This document shows, one piece after another, positions 32,379-42,836 of a stretch of 64,000 nt of DNA (its first letter is position 1; each line of letters begins with the position of its first letter). Below the pieces are notes generated by a model. It did no database searches. It was not told the origin of the DNA and was given only the letters and a program-made list of their open reading frames with translations. The translations under genes were made by a program, and so were the position numbers. The stretch lies in NCBI GenBank assembly GCA_965214405.1, contig OZ243956.1, positions 32,001 through 96,000 on the forward strand. The letters are read 5' to 3'. This DNA comes from Trueperaceae bacterium (GTDB taxonomy: Bacteria; Deinococcota; Deinococci; Deinococcales; Trueperaceae).

Positions 32379-33857
32379 TTAAAGAGGCAGCACGGCCAAG
32401 AGCCAAAGGAGGCCGAACTGGACGAGGAGCGCCAAACCCAGACCCAGCGGCGCGAGCAAAAGGGCGGGCGACAGGGCGAGCAGCGCGGCGACGAACCACA
32501 TTTCGAAGCGTTCGGCGGGGAGGCCGGTCCAGCTCGAGAGCTTGGCGAGCAGCAGGAGGCCCAGCAGGGGCTGCGTCGCGGCCAACAGGAGCGCGCTACC
32601 CGTGACCGCCACACCCGCTGTTAATCCGGCAACCGATGTCCCGACGCCCGACGCCCCGACAACTGAGATGATGCTGAGCACCAGCGTCACCACCCCGGCG
32701 GCCACCAGACCGCCCGGCAAGGCGCGGCCCAGCGCCTCGTCGGCGGGGGCCAAGGGCAGGGGCAGCGCGGGGGCGGCGGGGCCGATAAGGCGGATGAGAC
32801 TCTGACCCAAAGCGAGCGCGGCAAAGAGGACGCCCACCAGGCCCACCGCGCGGCTCAGCACGCCGAAGCTCGAGGCCGCCAGCAGCAGGAACAAAAACAC
32901 GTGCGAGAGCCCGGGCCGCCGGAGGAGCGAGAGCGAGCTCCGCCAGCTCGTCGCGCCGAGCGCGCCCCAGGCCGCGGGCGGCGCTCGGAGACGCCGGTTG
33001 GTAGCCCGCGTCGGCTTGTCGCGCAGTTGCGCCAGCAACTCTCCCCGCCGCGCGGGGTCCGCCGCGCCCGCCCCCAAAAAAGCGAGCGTCGACATCGCGC
33101 GGAGTTCGCTCAGCACGAGGCACTGCGCGGGAAACGCGGGCGGGAACGCCTCACGCAGCGACGCCCGCACTCCCCAAAGGACGAGCGAGAGGAGCGCGGC
33201 AGGTTGGAGCAGGGTGAGGGGGTTGGGGCTGTGGAGCGCCGCCGCCAAACCCCAGCCGGGGCTAAGAGCGCCCAGCGTACACAGGGCGAGGATGAGGCCG
33301 ACTAAGAACGCAAGGTAACGCCGGGACACTTTGGATTCGGTTGTGCCCCCCGCATAAGCGAGCCAGGCGAGGCCAAGTTGCGCGGGCGCTAAGAGCGCGA
33401 GCAGCGGCCCCGCGAGGGGCGCGCGCGTCGCCAACCAGGTAGCGGCCAGAAGTGTCCAGCACGCACCTAGCACGAGACCGGAGAAAGCGTAGAGCAGGCT
33501 TTTCAGCGTATAGGCCCAGCGTAAACTCAATCCGGGCGGCGCGGGCGCGAGCGCCAAGCGGTAGAGGTCGGCGCGGCTGAGAATCACGGGCGGCGCGTGG
33601 GCGCGGAAGAGTGGAAAGAGGAGAAACGTGGCGAGGAGCGCGTTGGCGGCGAGCGGGAGATGGCGGGTGGACAGGGGGTCGGTAAGCGGCGCGAGCAGTT
33701 GGATGCCCGAGACGAGAAAAATCACGAACCAGACGATGAGGTAAACGACCGACGCCCAGCCGACCGCCTTGCCGATCCAGTCGAGGTAACCCCGAACCGC
33801 GCGCCCCAGGGTGCGGCGGCGCAGGTAGGAGACGGCGCTAGCGGACATCAGCCTCAC
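32379..33857 (-). CDS. Multi-pass membrane protein, probable ABC exporter permease
   Basis: Many hydrophobic helices; overlaps ABC ATPase gene. Confidence 0.7.
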   Translation of the reverse strand: MRLMSASAVSYLRRRTLGRAVRGYLDWIGKAVGWASVVYLIVWFVIFLVSGIQLLAPLTDPLSTRHLPLAANALLATFLLFPLFRAHAPPVILSRADLYRLALAPAPPGLSLRWAYTLKSLLYAFSGLVLGACWTLLAATWLATRAPLAGPLLALLAPAQLGLAWLAYAGGTTESKVSRRYLAFLVGLILALCTLGALSPGWGLAAALHSPNPLTLLQPAALLSLVLWGVRASLREAFPPAFPAQCLVLSELRAMSTLAFLGAGAADPARRGELLAQLRDKPTRATNRRLRAPPAAWGALGATSWRSSLSLLRRPGLSHVFLFLLLAASSFGVLSRAVGLVGVLFAALALGQSLIRLIGPAAPALPLPLAPADEALGRALPGGLVAAGVVTLVLSIISVVGASGVGTSVAGLTAGVAVTGSALLLAATQPLLGLLLLAKLSSWTGLPAERFEMWFVAALLALSPALLLAPLGLGLALLVQFGLLWLLAVLPL

Positions 33858-34587
33858 GGGGAGGTGAGTGGGCGTGAGGGGCTGTCTGAGAGGACGTCAA
33901 TTTTCCCCCCTCGAGCCGCAACTCCCGCGCCCCCGACAGGGTGGTCTGGTGCGCGGTCAAAAGCACCGCACCGCCCGCCGCCGCGCGCGCGCCCAGCGCG
34001 TCTTGCAGCACTCCTTGCGCCTCCACGTCGAGCGCGTTAAAGGGCTCGTCGAGCATCAGGAGCGGGGTCTCGAGGCCCAGCGCGAGCGCCAGGGCGAGTT
34101 TTTGGCGCATCCCCCTCGAGTGGCGGCTCGGGCTCTCGCCCAAAAAGCGGGTGAGGGAGAAGGCGTCCAGCCACCCCAGCGCCCGCGCCTCCGCCCCTGG
34201 TTGCGCGTAAACGCGCGCGGTGAAGACCGCGTGCTCGCGGAGCGTGAGGTCTTCGTAAAGCGCCGCCACGTCGGGCGCGTAGACAAAGCTCGCCTTGGCC
34301 GCTAAGCTCTGCGGCCTGTGCCCGCGAATCAAGATGTCGCCGTTATGGGGCAAAAGGCCCGCGACCGCGCGCAACAGCGTGCTTTTGCCCGCGCCGTTGG
34401 CCCCCGCGAGCCAGGCTAAGTCGCCCACCTGGAGGGTGAAACTCACCGACTCGAGGATGACCGCGCCGCTCAGGCGGACGCTCACGTCTTCTAAAGTGAG
34501 AACGGGCGTGTCGGGCGTGGGTGCGTTAGGGGCGGGACCGTCTTGCGCAGGACCATCTTGCGTAGGACCATCTAGGGGCTGACTCAC
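33838..34587 (-). CDS. ABC transporter ATP-binding protein
   Basis: [27 protein letters not shown] start overlapping upstream stop (GTGA). Confidence 0.9.
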   Translation of the reverse strand: MSQPLDGPTQDGPAQDGPAPNAPTPDTPVLTLEDVSVRLSGAVILESVSFTLQVGDLAWLAGANGAGKSTLLRAVAGLLPHNGDILIRGHRPQSLAAKASFVYAPDVAALYEDLTLREHAVFTARVYAQPGAEARALGWLDAFSLTRFLGESPSRHSRGMRQKLALALALGLETPLLMLDEPFNALDVEAQGVLQDALGARAAAGGAVLLTAHQTTLSGARELRLEGGKLTSSQTAPHAHSPPREADVR

Positions 34588-34901
34588 CCGAGCACCCAGT
34601 CGGTCAGCAAGTAAAAAGCGAGCGAGGCGGCCACGCGGATGATGTGTTCGCGCGGCGCGGCGGTGCCGAACACCACGCGCGCGTTGACGAACGAGGCGAG
34701 CGCGGCGAGGGCGAGACCCGCCGCCAAAAAGCCGCGGGTAAAGGGGATGGCGGACACGAACGCCGCCGCGGCGATCATCAGCACCGCCGCCGCGAGCAAA
34801 AAGAGCCCCGCGACCCACGCTTTGCGGCGCACCACCGCCCACGCCCCAAAGGCGTTGACGAGCGCGTAACCGGTGGTCACAAAGGCCAGCAGAATGAACA
34901 T
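34584..34901 (-). CDS. Small four-helix membrane protein
   Basis: 105 aa, almost entirely hydrophobic; operonic spacing. Confidence 0.75.
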   Translation of the reverse strand: MFILLAFVTTGYALVNAFGAWAVVRRKAWVAGLFLLAAAVLMIAAAAFVSAIPFTRGFLAAGLALAALASFVNARVVFGTAAPREHIIRVAASLAFYLLTDWVLG

Positions 34902-34912
34902 AGGCGCACGCC

Positions 34913-35758
34913 TTACAGCGCCCCCGTCAACGCGGTGAGGTCGTCGGGGCTCAGCAGGTCGTGAAGATAAACGACCGTAAGGGGTTTATGGACCGCGCGC
35001 GCCACCTGGGTGGCGAGCCACGCGTCGGTTCCCGTCTGGTCGGCGACCATGACGAGTTCGTCCACGCTCCCCTTGCGGCTTAGGTAACGCGCCGCGCCCA
35101 GCACCTCGCGGTCGGTCGGGAGAAGGCGCGCGTCCAGCCGCGCCCCCTCGTCGCGGAGCATGGCGGGCTCGAGCCTTCCCTGCGACACGAGGTGTTGCCC
35201 CGGCGCGCCGAGTTTGCCCACCACCACGTCAGTCAAAAGCCAGGGTTGCGCCAAGACGCCCACGACCCGTTCGTTCGACAAGCCCCGCCAGCGCGGCTCC
35301 GGGTAGCGCGGCGGCTTCGCCAGGCTCCGGTTTCTCTCCCACACGCGCCGCACCAACGCGGGGTCGCGCGAGAGCGCGTGGAGCGTGTTGACGGCCAGCG
35401 TTTGGGGGGGGTTCTCGAGCCCCGCGGGCACCCCCACCAGCGGCGGCAGACCGCCCAGCGTGGCGGCCAACGCCTCGGGAAAAGAGGCCACCCACGGGTC
35501 TTGCCCCCCGCCCCGCGCGCTCTCAAAGGCGGGGTTTAAGTCGGGCACGATTAACATGTCTACGTCTAATGAAAGCGCCTGCGCCGCGGCCATCTTAAAG
35601 GCCACGCCGGGAACTTTTGCCAAGCGCGCGTCGGTGAGCGCGCGCTCCACGAGCGGCGGCTCGGGAAAAAGCGCGTCCGCCCCCACACCCGTAACGAGCT
35701 TGTGCCAAAGGGGACCGTAACGCTCCCAAAGTAAAGACGTGAGAAAGCCAACACGCAT
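34913..35758 (-). CDS. Conserved hypothetical protein (possibly related to CoA enzyme activase/dehydratase domains)
   Basis: 281-aa ORF heading the operon; MRVG....LLW.RY.P.W N-terminus. Confidence 0.65.
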   Translation of the reverse strand: MRVGFLTSLLWERYGPLWHKLVTGVGADALFPEPPLVERALTDARLAKVPGVAFKMAAAQALSLDVDMLIVPDLNPAFESARGGGQDPWVASFPEALAATLGGLPPLVGVPAGLENPPQTLAVNTLHALSRDPALVRRVWERNRSLAKPPRYPEPRWRGLSNERVVGVLAQPWLLTDVVVGKLGAPGQHLVSQGRLEPAMLRDEGARLDARLLPTDREVLGAARYLSRKGSVDELVMVADQTGTDAWLATQVARAVHKPLTVVYLHDLLSPDDLTALTGAL

Positions 35759-35955
35759 AGCGGCCTAGTCTAGCACAAGACGTTTGGGGGGTCTGGCGCG
35801 CGGACGTGACCGCAAACAGGCTTTTTCATGAGTACCCTAGAGGAAGCTGTAGAACGCGCTTTTGCTTCCCTAAAGACGAACGTGATGCGTACCTGGTCTA
35901 AAGGCTTCTCAGGCCTCGGTACTCGCTTATGCGAACAGACCCGGTCGAATCTGCG

Positions 35956-37443
35956 TTAGCCCAATCCCGTTTCAAAAGGTCGTCCCCCAAACCTTGCTAA
36001 GTTGTCCGCATGATGAGCGCGCCCTGTGGCTCTCAAACGGGCCAGATAAGCTTGCCAGTTCTGGCTCTTTTCGTTGGCGTGCAGAGGGCCACCCTCGGCG
36101 ATTACGCCCCAAAATGGGTCACCCCTCAACGCTTTGGGCATCTGCGCGGCGAGCCAGGCGTCCAGCTTCTGCAAGCCCTGATTTAAGACATCATTGTGGG
36201 TAGAAGCAAGATTGGTGGTTTCGTGCGAGTCGTCTCTAAGGTTAAAAAGCATGTACGCAGGAAAGTCTTTTAGACCCGTGTGGTAGGTGCGAATCATCAG
36301 CCAATCGTCCCAGCGCACCGAACGCTGACAGCTCCACGCGCCTTGGCTCAGCACCAGGTAATCGCGCCCTTCGTCTTGCGGTGAGGATAACGTGGAGGCG
36401 AAGGACGAGCCGTCCCAACTCTCGGGTTGTTCGCCGCCCATAAGTTCGGCGAGGGTTGCCGTAAGGTCGATATGGTAGTAAAGGCCGTTCTTGACCGCGC
36501 CAGCTTGCTCATCCGTAACGCCGGGCCAGCGCACAAGGAGAGGGAGACGATTGGTTTTGTCGTCCGCCGTTTGGTGGTCGCCCCAGACGTTGAGTTCACC
36601 GTGATTTTCGCCGTGGTCGGCGCAAAGCACAATGGCGGTGTCGTCGTAAACGCCCATATCTTTCAAGTCTTGGATGAGTTTGCCGACGTAAAAGTCCGCG
36701 TAGTGAATGCCCGTGTCGTAGCCGTCTATATGCGCTTTCACGTCTTCAAGCGTTTTGATGTGCCCCACCCCCATGCGCCAGACAGGGGGCAAAACGTCGT
36801 TATAGCCCGGCACGTCGTGCGCCCCGTGGGGGCCGAAGGAGGCGTTTTGGGCGTCGAGCAAGCTTTGCGTGTACCAGTCCTCGATGGGTTCGTCTTCAAA
36901 AGGATTCCCGTAACTTTCAGGGTGGTCGTAGGGGGTATGCGGGTCCCAGAAGTTGATATGCAAAAACCAGTCGTCTTTTTTACCGTTTCGCTCGAGCCAA
37001 CCCTTGGCCGGTGGATACATCTCGTCCGCGTTTTCGTAGCCGCCTTTGCCCGTGTCGTAGGTTTCGGAAAAGCCGTACCAGGCTTGATAGGCCGTGTGCC
37101 GATTCGGAAAAGGGCTGATGCTCGCGGTGTGGTAGCCCGCGCGCCTTAACACGCTGGCGAGCGCGTCTTCGGCAAAGCGGGTGCGAAAGCCGCGGCTCGC
37201 GCCTTGCAAGGGCAGGTCGGCGTAAGCCCCGCCGTGGTTCACCACGCCCGTGTTGACGCCGAAACGCCCGCCAAAAAAAGCCGTCCGGCTGGGTAAACAG
37301 GGTGTATCGGTGGCGTAAAGGTTGGTAAAGCGAACGCCTTCGGCGGCGAGCGCGTCGATATTGGGAGAAGTTTGGCGGTGGTAGCCGTAGCAAGAAAGGT
37401 GGTCGGGGCGTAAGGAGTCGATGTCGATGTACAAAATTCGCAT
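35956..37443 (-). CDS. Sulfatase (Cys-type, formylglycine-dependent)
   Basis: IDIDSLRPDHL, CLPSR (CxPSR), WDPHTPY, ADHG. Confidence 0.92.
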   Translation of the reverse strand: MRILYIDIDSLRPDHLSCYGYHRQTSPNIDALAAEGVRFTNLYATDTPCLPSRTAFFGGRFGVNTGVVNHGGAYADLPLQGASRGFRTRFAEDALASVLRRAGYHTASISPFPNRHTAYQAWYGFSETYDTGKGGYENADEMYPPAKGWLERNGKKDDWFLHINFWDPHTPYDHPESYGNPFEDEPIEDWYTQSLLDAQNASFGPHGAHDVPGYNDVLPPVWRMGVGHIKTLEDVKAHIDGYDTGIHYADFYVGKLIQDLKDMGVYDDTAIVLCADHGENHGELNVWGDHQTADDKTNRLPLLVRWPGVTDEQAGAVKNGLYYHIDLTATLAELMGGEQPESWDGSSFASTLSSPQDEGRDYLVLSQGAWSCQRSVRWDDWLMIRTYHTGLKDFPAYMLFNLRDDSHETTNLASTHNDVLNQGLQKLDAWLAAQMPKALRGDPFWGVIAEGGPLHANEKSQNWQAYLARLRATGRAHHADNLARFGGRPFETGLG

Positions 37444-37467
37444 GGTGTTCTCCTGTGTCCTCCGCTG

Positions 37468-39015
37468 TCAAGCGCCCGCAATGCGCGGCATCCGGGTGGG
37501 TTCGTTCTGCAAGGTTGCTTGCAAGAACTCGTGCATCAGCCCCAACTTAAGCCCTCTACTCTCCGGCTCGTCCCAAAGGTTGTTGAGTTCATCCGGATCT
37601 TCTTGCAAATCGAAAAGCTCACCGAAATCCTCTTCACGGTACAGGGTCAGTTTGTAGCGCTCGTTCACGTAGGTTCTTAAGTGCGGCATGACCGGGTTGT
37701 GGCGGTTCTCGCAGATGACGTGGTCTCGAGCCTCCGCCTGTTTACCCTCCCAAACGTCAAGTTGACTCACCCCCTGCACCTCACCCGGAACGCCTTGACC
37801 GCTCGCCGTTAAAAAAGTCGGGGCCAAATCGACCAGGCTTTGCAACGCGTCACTGGTTCTATTCTCAGGAACGTGCCCGGGCCAACGAACGACAAAAGGA
37901 AGCTTGAGCATGTCTTCATAGTGAAACGGTCCCTTGGCAATCAGCCCGTGCTGGCCGAGAAAGTGGCCGTGGTCGGTGGTGAAGACGACGATGGTGTTGT
38001 CGGCAAGACCCAGCGCCTCGAGCTTGTCCAACATACGCCCGATTTGCGCGTCCATAAAGCTAATCATCCCGTAGTAAACCGCCATGTCCTTTTTAAGTTC
38101 GGCTTCGGGGTAGAGGTGCGAGGAGCAGCCGTGCGCCTGAAAGGGTTCGTGCCAATTTCCAAAGTCGGGATTTTCTTTTTGCGTTTCCCCGAAGTGCCAG
38201 GGGTTCTTATCGTGTTCGCCCGCAACCAGTTTGCCGGGCGCCATGTCTTCGGGGTTGTACATCGACGCCCAGGGTTCGGGCACGGTGTAGGGCGGGTGCG
38301 GGTCGTGAAAGCTCGACCAGAGGAAAAAGGGGGCGTCCTCTTGCGCCGCGCGCTCGAGAAACTCTATACTACGTTCGCCCGTCCAGGCCGTGTAATGCAA
38401 ATCTTCGGGTAACGCCCAGGCGCGGTCTTCGCGCACCCAATAGCCGACGTCTTTGTTTATCTTGGGCGCTTTCGTAGAGCTGTCTCCCGGCAGCGGCTGA
38501 AAGTAGTCGCGCCAGTCCTTTAGTCCTTTTTCCTCCAACCAAATTGCGTAGTGTTGCCCCACATGGCTCTCGTCCGCGTGGTTTCTAGCCAGCTCGACGT
38601 GGTCGAAACCGTACCAGGGGTCTTTGAAATCCCGCCAGAAATCTAAGTCGCGCAATGTCGGTTGCGCCTCGATAGACTCCGAACCTTTTTGAGAAGCGAG
38701 CGGCTGAAAGTGCGCCTTGCCGATGAGCGCTGTTTTGTAGCCGACATCTTTCAAATGCTCACCCACCGTGGGCACGTCCTCGGGCAGTTTCACCCCAATC
38801 GTCCAGGCCCCGTGCTGCGAGGGGTACATGCCGGTGATGAGGCTCGAGCGCGACGGCGTACACACCGGGTTGGGGCAATACGCCCTCGTAAACCGCGTCC
38901 CCTCCCGGCACAGCCTGTCGAGCGCAGGCGTTTTGATACGCGGATTCGTCACCCCCAGCGTACTGAAGTGTTGCTGGTCGGAGGTGATCAAAAGGATATT
39001 GGGCTTCTTGGGCAT
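37468..39015 (-). CDS. Sulfatase (Cys-type, formylglycine-dependent)
   Basis: PNILLITSDQ, CTPSRSSLITG, GKAH, DPHPPY, TDHG. Confidence 0.95.
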   Translation of the reverse strand: MPKKPNILLITSDQQHFSTLGVTNPRIKTPALDRLCREGTRFTRAYCPNPVCTPSRSSLITGMYPSQHGAWTIGVKLPEDVPTVGEHLKDVGYKTALIGKAHFQPLASQKGSESIEAQPTLRDLDFWRDFKDPWYGFDHVELARNHADESHVGQHYAIWLEEKGLKDWRDYFQPLPGDSSTKAPKINKDVGYWVREDRAWALPEDLHYTAWTGERSIEFLERAAQEDAPFFLWSSFHDPHPPYTVPEPWASMYNPEDMAPGKLVAGEHDKNPWHFGETQKENPDFGNWHEPFQAHGCSSHLYPEAELKKDMAVYYGMISFMDAQIGRMLDKLEALGLADNTIVVFTTDHGHFLGQHGLIAKGPFHYEDMLKLPFVVRWPGHVPENRTSDALQSLVDLAPTFLTASGQGVPGEVQGVSQLDVWEGKQAEARDHVICENRHNPVMPHLRTYVNERYKLTLYREEDFGELFDLQEDPDELNNLWDEPESRGLKLGLMHEFLQATLQNEPTRMPRIAGA

Positions 39016-39140
39016 AGTAGGTCCTTCCAGAAGATACAGAAAGGGGAATACGGAATACAGAATGTCTGGTTCATTCTCCCTTCTGTATTCCCATCACCAG
39101 GAAACGAACTGACGCGAGTCACCCCCTACGCCTCTTTCTC

Positions 39141-40025
39141 CTACTGCTTCACCGCCCCCGCGATCCCCTCCACAAAGTACCTCTGCATAAACAAAAACAG
39201 TACGATAATGGGCAAGATGCTGATGGTCGCCGCCGCCGCCATGCCGCCCCAATCGACGAAGAACTCGCCTCTAAACGCGTAAATCCCGACCGCGAGGGTG
39301 CGTAAGTCGGGGCGGGCCAGCGTCAGCACGAGGGGCAGCAAAAAGTCGTTCCAGGCGTGCAGCGTTTGCATGATGGCGACGGTGGCGATGATGGGTTTGG
39401 CTAAAGGCAGCATGACCTGCCAGAACACCCTGAAAAAGCCCGCGCCGTCGATGATGGCGGCCTCTTCCAACTCGCCCGGCAAGCGGCTGAAATAGCCTGT
39501 AAAAAGCAAGATGAAAATGATCGGCGAGCCCCCGCTGGTGCCCAAAATCACGCCCAGCAACGACCCGCTGAGGCCGAGGCCGTTGATGAGTTCGAACACG
39601 GGGATGATGGTGTAGCCCTGCGGCAAAAAGACGGTCGCCACCAAAATGCCCACCACGATGCGCTTGCCCGGAAACCGGTAGCGCCCCAACACGTAGCCCA
39701 TCATGGACGTTGTCACCACCACGATGAGCACGGAGGACGCCGTGATGATGACGGTGTTGATGAAGTACCTGCCGATATTGGCCTGCGTCCAGGCCCTGGG
39801 GAAGTTCGACCACTCGAGCGACTTCGGAATGAGCCCCAGCCCCGCAAAGATTTCGCCGTTACTCTTGAGCGCGGCGGACACCGTCCAGAGAAACGGGTAG
39901 ATCCAAACGAAGCAGATGGGCAAGAGAACGAGCGTGGTGATGATGAGCCGGGGGCGGTTGCCGCTAAACCACCAGCGCGCTTCCGTCCACTCGAGCTTGG
40001 GACGCGGCTTGAAGTCGGAGGTCAC
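39141..40025 (-). CDS. Sugar ABC transporter permease (MalG-type)
   Basis: LEEAAIIDGA, WNDFLLP, GIAGAVKQ. Confidence 0.93.
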   Translation of the reverse strand: MTSDFKPRPKLEWTEARWWFSGNRPRLIITTLVLLPICFVWIYPFLWTVSAALKSNGEIFAGLGLIPKSLEWSNFPRAWTQANIGRYFINTVIITASSVLIVVVTTSMMGYVLGRYRFPGKRIVVGILVATVFLPQGYTIIPVFELINGLGLSGSLLGVILGTSGGSPIIFILLFTGYFSRLPGELEEAAIIDGAGFFRVFWQVMLPLAKPIIATVAIMQTLHAWNDFLLPLVLTLARPDLRTLAVGIYAFRGEFFVDWGGMAAAATISILPIIVLFLFMQRYFVEGIAGAVKQ

Positions 40026-40984
40026 GACAAGCGCCTCGAGCGCATCCCGCGCACCGCCAGACCCTGCAACAGCGTCACGACCATCACGGCCAGCCCGAAA
40101 AACACGCCCGCCGCCGACGCGTAACCCAAACGCGGCACGCTGCCGCCGCCACTCGTGCCAAAGGCGGTGCGGTAGATATACACTTCCATCACCTCACTGC
40201 TGTAAAAAGGCCCGCCGCCCGTCATGGTTTGGACGAGCGCGAACACGTTGAGCGAACCCACCGCGGTAATGAGCAAAATGACGATGGCAAAAGGCGTCAG
40301 CAACGGAACAATAATATACCTGAAAAGTTCCCAACGCCCCGCGCCGTCGAGCTTGGCGGCCTCGTACAGGTCGGCGGGCACGGTTTGCAAGGACGCCAGC
40401 CAGTAAATCATGGTGATGCCGAACCACTTCCAGACGAACACGCCGATAACCGTCCAGAGGGAGGTGGCGGCGCTACCCAGAAAGTCGATGGGCCTCGAGA
40501 CGAGGCCAAAATCCACCAAAATACGGTTCACGGGGCCGTTAAAGGGGCTGAAAATAAAACTCATGACGATGCCCACAATGGCCGTTGTCGTCACCACGGG
40601 GATAAAGAACAGGGTGCGAAACACGGGCGCGAGTTTGAGCGCTCTGTCGTTTAGGACGATGGCGACGACGAGCGACAACATCATCTGGAGGGGCACGCTC
40701 ACGAGCATAAAGACAAAAGAGCGGCGAAACGCGCCCCAAAAGAGCGCGTCGCCTATGACCTCTCTAAAGTTGGCGATACCGACGAACGCTTTGTTGGCGG
40801 TAAACCCCGACCAGTCCAGAAAGGCAAACTGCCAGGACGCAAAAATGGGATAAAAGGTAAACATCCCCATCAGGACAAGCGAGGGGAGCATGAACAAGTA
40901 GCACCAGCGGTACTTCCAGATTTCTCGCCGCAGGGTTTGGGGGCGTTTGGTGTAGGGCGCGGAGGTACGCAGTCGGGTCGCCAT
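40022..40984 (-). CDS. Sugar ABC transporter permease (MalF-type)
   Basis: WKWFG, LYEAAKLDGA. Confidence 0.93.
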   Translation of the reverse strand: MATRLRTSAPYTKRPQTLRREIWKYRWCYLFMLPSLVLMGMFTFYPIFASWQFAFLDWSGFTANKAFVGIANFREVIGDALFWGAFRRSFVFMLVSVPLQMMLSLVVAIVLNDRALKLAPVFRTLFFIPVVTTTAIVGIVMSFIFSPFNGPVNRILVDFGLVSRPIDFLGSAATSLWTVIGVFVWKWFGITMIYWLASLQTVPADLYEAAKLDGAGRWELFRYIIVPLLTPFAIVILLITAVGSLNVFALVQTMTGGGPFYSSEVMEVYIYRTAFGTSGGGSVPRLGYASAAGVFFGLAVMVVTLLQGLAVRGMRSRRLS

Positions 40985-41140
40985 AGGGTTCCTTATCTAG
41001 CTTGCGCGGGGTGCTCGAGCGTCTCGTCTATACGTGAATAAAAAGAAGGCAGAATGTTTGATTAATTCTCCCTTCTGTGTTCGCCATTCACCGGCTTTTT
41101 TGCAAAACCAGTCACAAGAAACAAAAAGTGAACGAGCAAA

Positions 41141-41172
41141 GGAGTAGAGGAAAACCTTTTCTCCTCTACTCC
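41141..41172 (-). terminator. Stem-loop downstream of binding-protein gene
   Basis: GGAGTAGAGG...CCTCTACTCC inverted repeat. Confidence 0.6.
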
Positions 41173-41190
41173 TCTTCTCACGTCCTACGC

Positions 41191-42738
41191 TTAAAGGTCT
41201 TCGTAATCCTCCGCGCCGTAGTCTTCGCGCGGGTTCCAGTTGGGGAAGACCCAGTCGTCGCGGGACACGTCGGCACCCTTGGCCTGGGCGGCGGCGATGG
41301 CGCGCTCGAGTTCCGCCGTGTAGCGCTCTTGCAGGTCGTTCATCTGCGCCCTCACGTCCGTGAGTTCGCCTGCGTAGAGTCCCTGCACCACCTGCGCGAA
41401 ACTCGGCTCGGGGGTGCGAAGTTCTAAGGTAACCTGAACAACATCGGGGTTTCTGACCACGGGGTTGGGACCCACTTTGATCTGCTCATTAAACATATTG
41501 AGCGCCTGCTTGGCCCTGGGGCTAAGCGTGGCGTTGGCAACCGCATCGGGCAAGATGGGCGCGTCGGCCGCCCCGACGATGCTGGCCCACTCCGTTTGGC
41601 CTTCGACGCTGCCCAGATAAGCAAAGATGTCGCCCGCGACGGCGGCGTTGTCGGGGGGGCTGCCGTTAAATACCCAGAGAGCGTTCGCCCCACCTTCACT
41701 GATGGTGAGCGGCCAGACGTCGCCGTCGTCGGGTAGCGGTTGGGTGGAAATGCCAAAGTCGAAGTCGGGGTTTTCGCGTTCCCACTGCGGGATGTTCCAG
41801 GGACCTTGCAAAATCATCCCCGCGGTACCCTGCGGCATAAAGGCCCTCGCCTGCGGCGCGTTGATGCTCAGAACGCCCGGAAACACGCTGCCGTCGTCAC
41901 GGAGTTGCAACAGCAGTTCGACCGCGCCGATGTACTCCTCGGTGTTGTAGTTGTATTCACCCGTTAAGAAGTTCATGTCGGCGGTGATTTGAGCACCGAG
42001 ACCGCCTACAGCGCCCGCCATCTTGGCAAAGCCCGCGACAATGTCGCCCCAGCGGTTGAGTTGGTTGCCGCCCAAAATAAAGCCGTAGTAGGCCCCGTTG
42101 CCCTGCTCGGTAATTTTCTTGGCGGCGTCTCGAAACGTCGTCCAGGTTAGGGGCTCGTTTTCGGGGTCGTAACCCGCCGCGGCGAGCATATCTTTATTGT
42201 ACAAGAGGTGCGTGCCGTAGCTTTTGTTGGAGGTAAAGGGGAAGCTGTAGGTTTTGCCATCAAAATCTGTGACGCCCGGCAAGAAGACCCCTGCCGGAAA
42301 CCGGGCTTTCACTTCCTCAAAGTTGGGGATAAGGTCGTTCAAGGGTTGAACCCACCCCTCGCTCACGGCCTGCGCGCCGCTGACACTAAGGGGCAACTGG
42401 AAAACGTCGTGCGCCGTGCCGTTGCGAATGCCCAGCGGCACGACCTGGGCAATTTCGTTCCAGGGCAGGGGGTCGTAGGCGACTCTGATGTTGGGGTGAG
42501 CAGCCTGGTAAGCAGCGAAGAATTCGTTGAAAAAGACGGCCTTTTGGTCACCGCTGTCGACCCAGCGCAGGGTGACGTTGTCAGTAGGCAAGGTCGCGCC
42601 GGTATTGGGAATCGTGATGTCTTGCGCCCAAACCCGCTGCGTCCCTTGGGCCATCAAAAAAGCCCCGGCACCCGTTGCGCCCATGAGCTTGATGAGTTGT
42701 CGTCTGGACAGTTTGCCTTCTTTGTCAAACCAGTTCAT
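41191..42738 (-). CDS. Sugar ABC transporter substrate-binding protein, Tat-exported
   Basis: SRRQLIK twin-arginine signal; LLYNKDML..AG, MILQGPW. Confidence 0.9.
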   Translation of the reverse strand: MNWFDKEGKLSRRQLIKLMGATGAGAFLMAQGTQRVWAQDITIPNTGATLPTDNVTLRWVDSGDQKAVFFNEFFAAYQAAHPNIRVAYDPLPWNEIAQVVPLGIRNGTAHDVFQLPLSVSGAQAVSEGWVQPLNDLIPNFEEVKARFPAGVFLPGVTDFDGKTYSFPFTSNKSYGTHLLYNKDMLAAAGYDPENEPLTWTTFRDAAKKITEQGNGAYYGFILGGNQLNRWGDIVAGFAKMAGAVGGLGAQITADMNFLTGEYNYNTEEYIGAVELLLQLRDDGSVFPGVLSINAPQARAFMPQGTAGMILQGPWNIPQWERENPDFDFGISTQPLPDDGDVWPLTISEGGANALWVFNGSPPDNAAVAGDIFAYLGSVEGQTEWASIVGAADAPILPDAVANATLSPRAKQALNMFNEQIKVGPNPVVRNPDVVQVTLELRTPEPSFAQVVQGLYAGELTDVRAQMNDLQERYTAELERAIAAAQAKGADVSRDDWVFPNWNPREDYGAEDYEDL

Positions 42739-42836
42739 AAGCTTCGCTCTTTTCTTTTGAATAGACTCTAGTATTTGGCAAACGGTTTAGAGCGCACTAC
42801 CGCACCCTTTTTGAAGTGACACCCCTTTTTGTCCTG

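Noticed and set aside
34588..34842. N-terminal extension of the ABC ATPase ORF
   Set aside because: Alternative frame of the small membrane protein gene; Arg/Gly-rich shadow sequence
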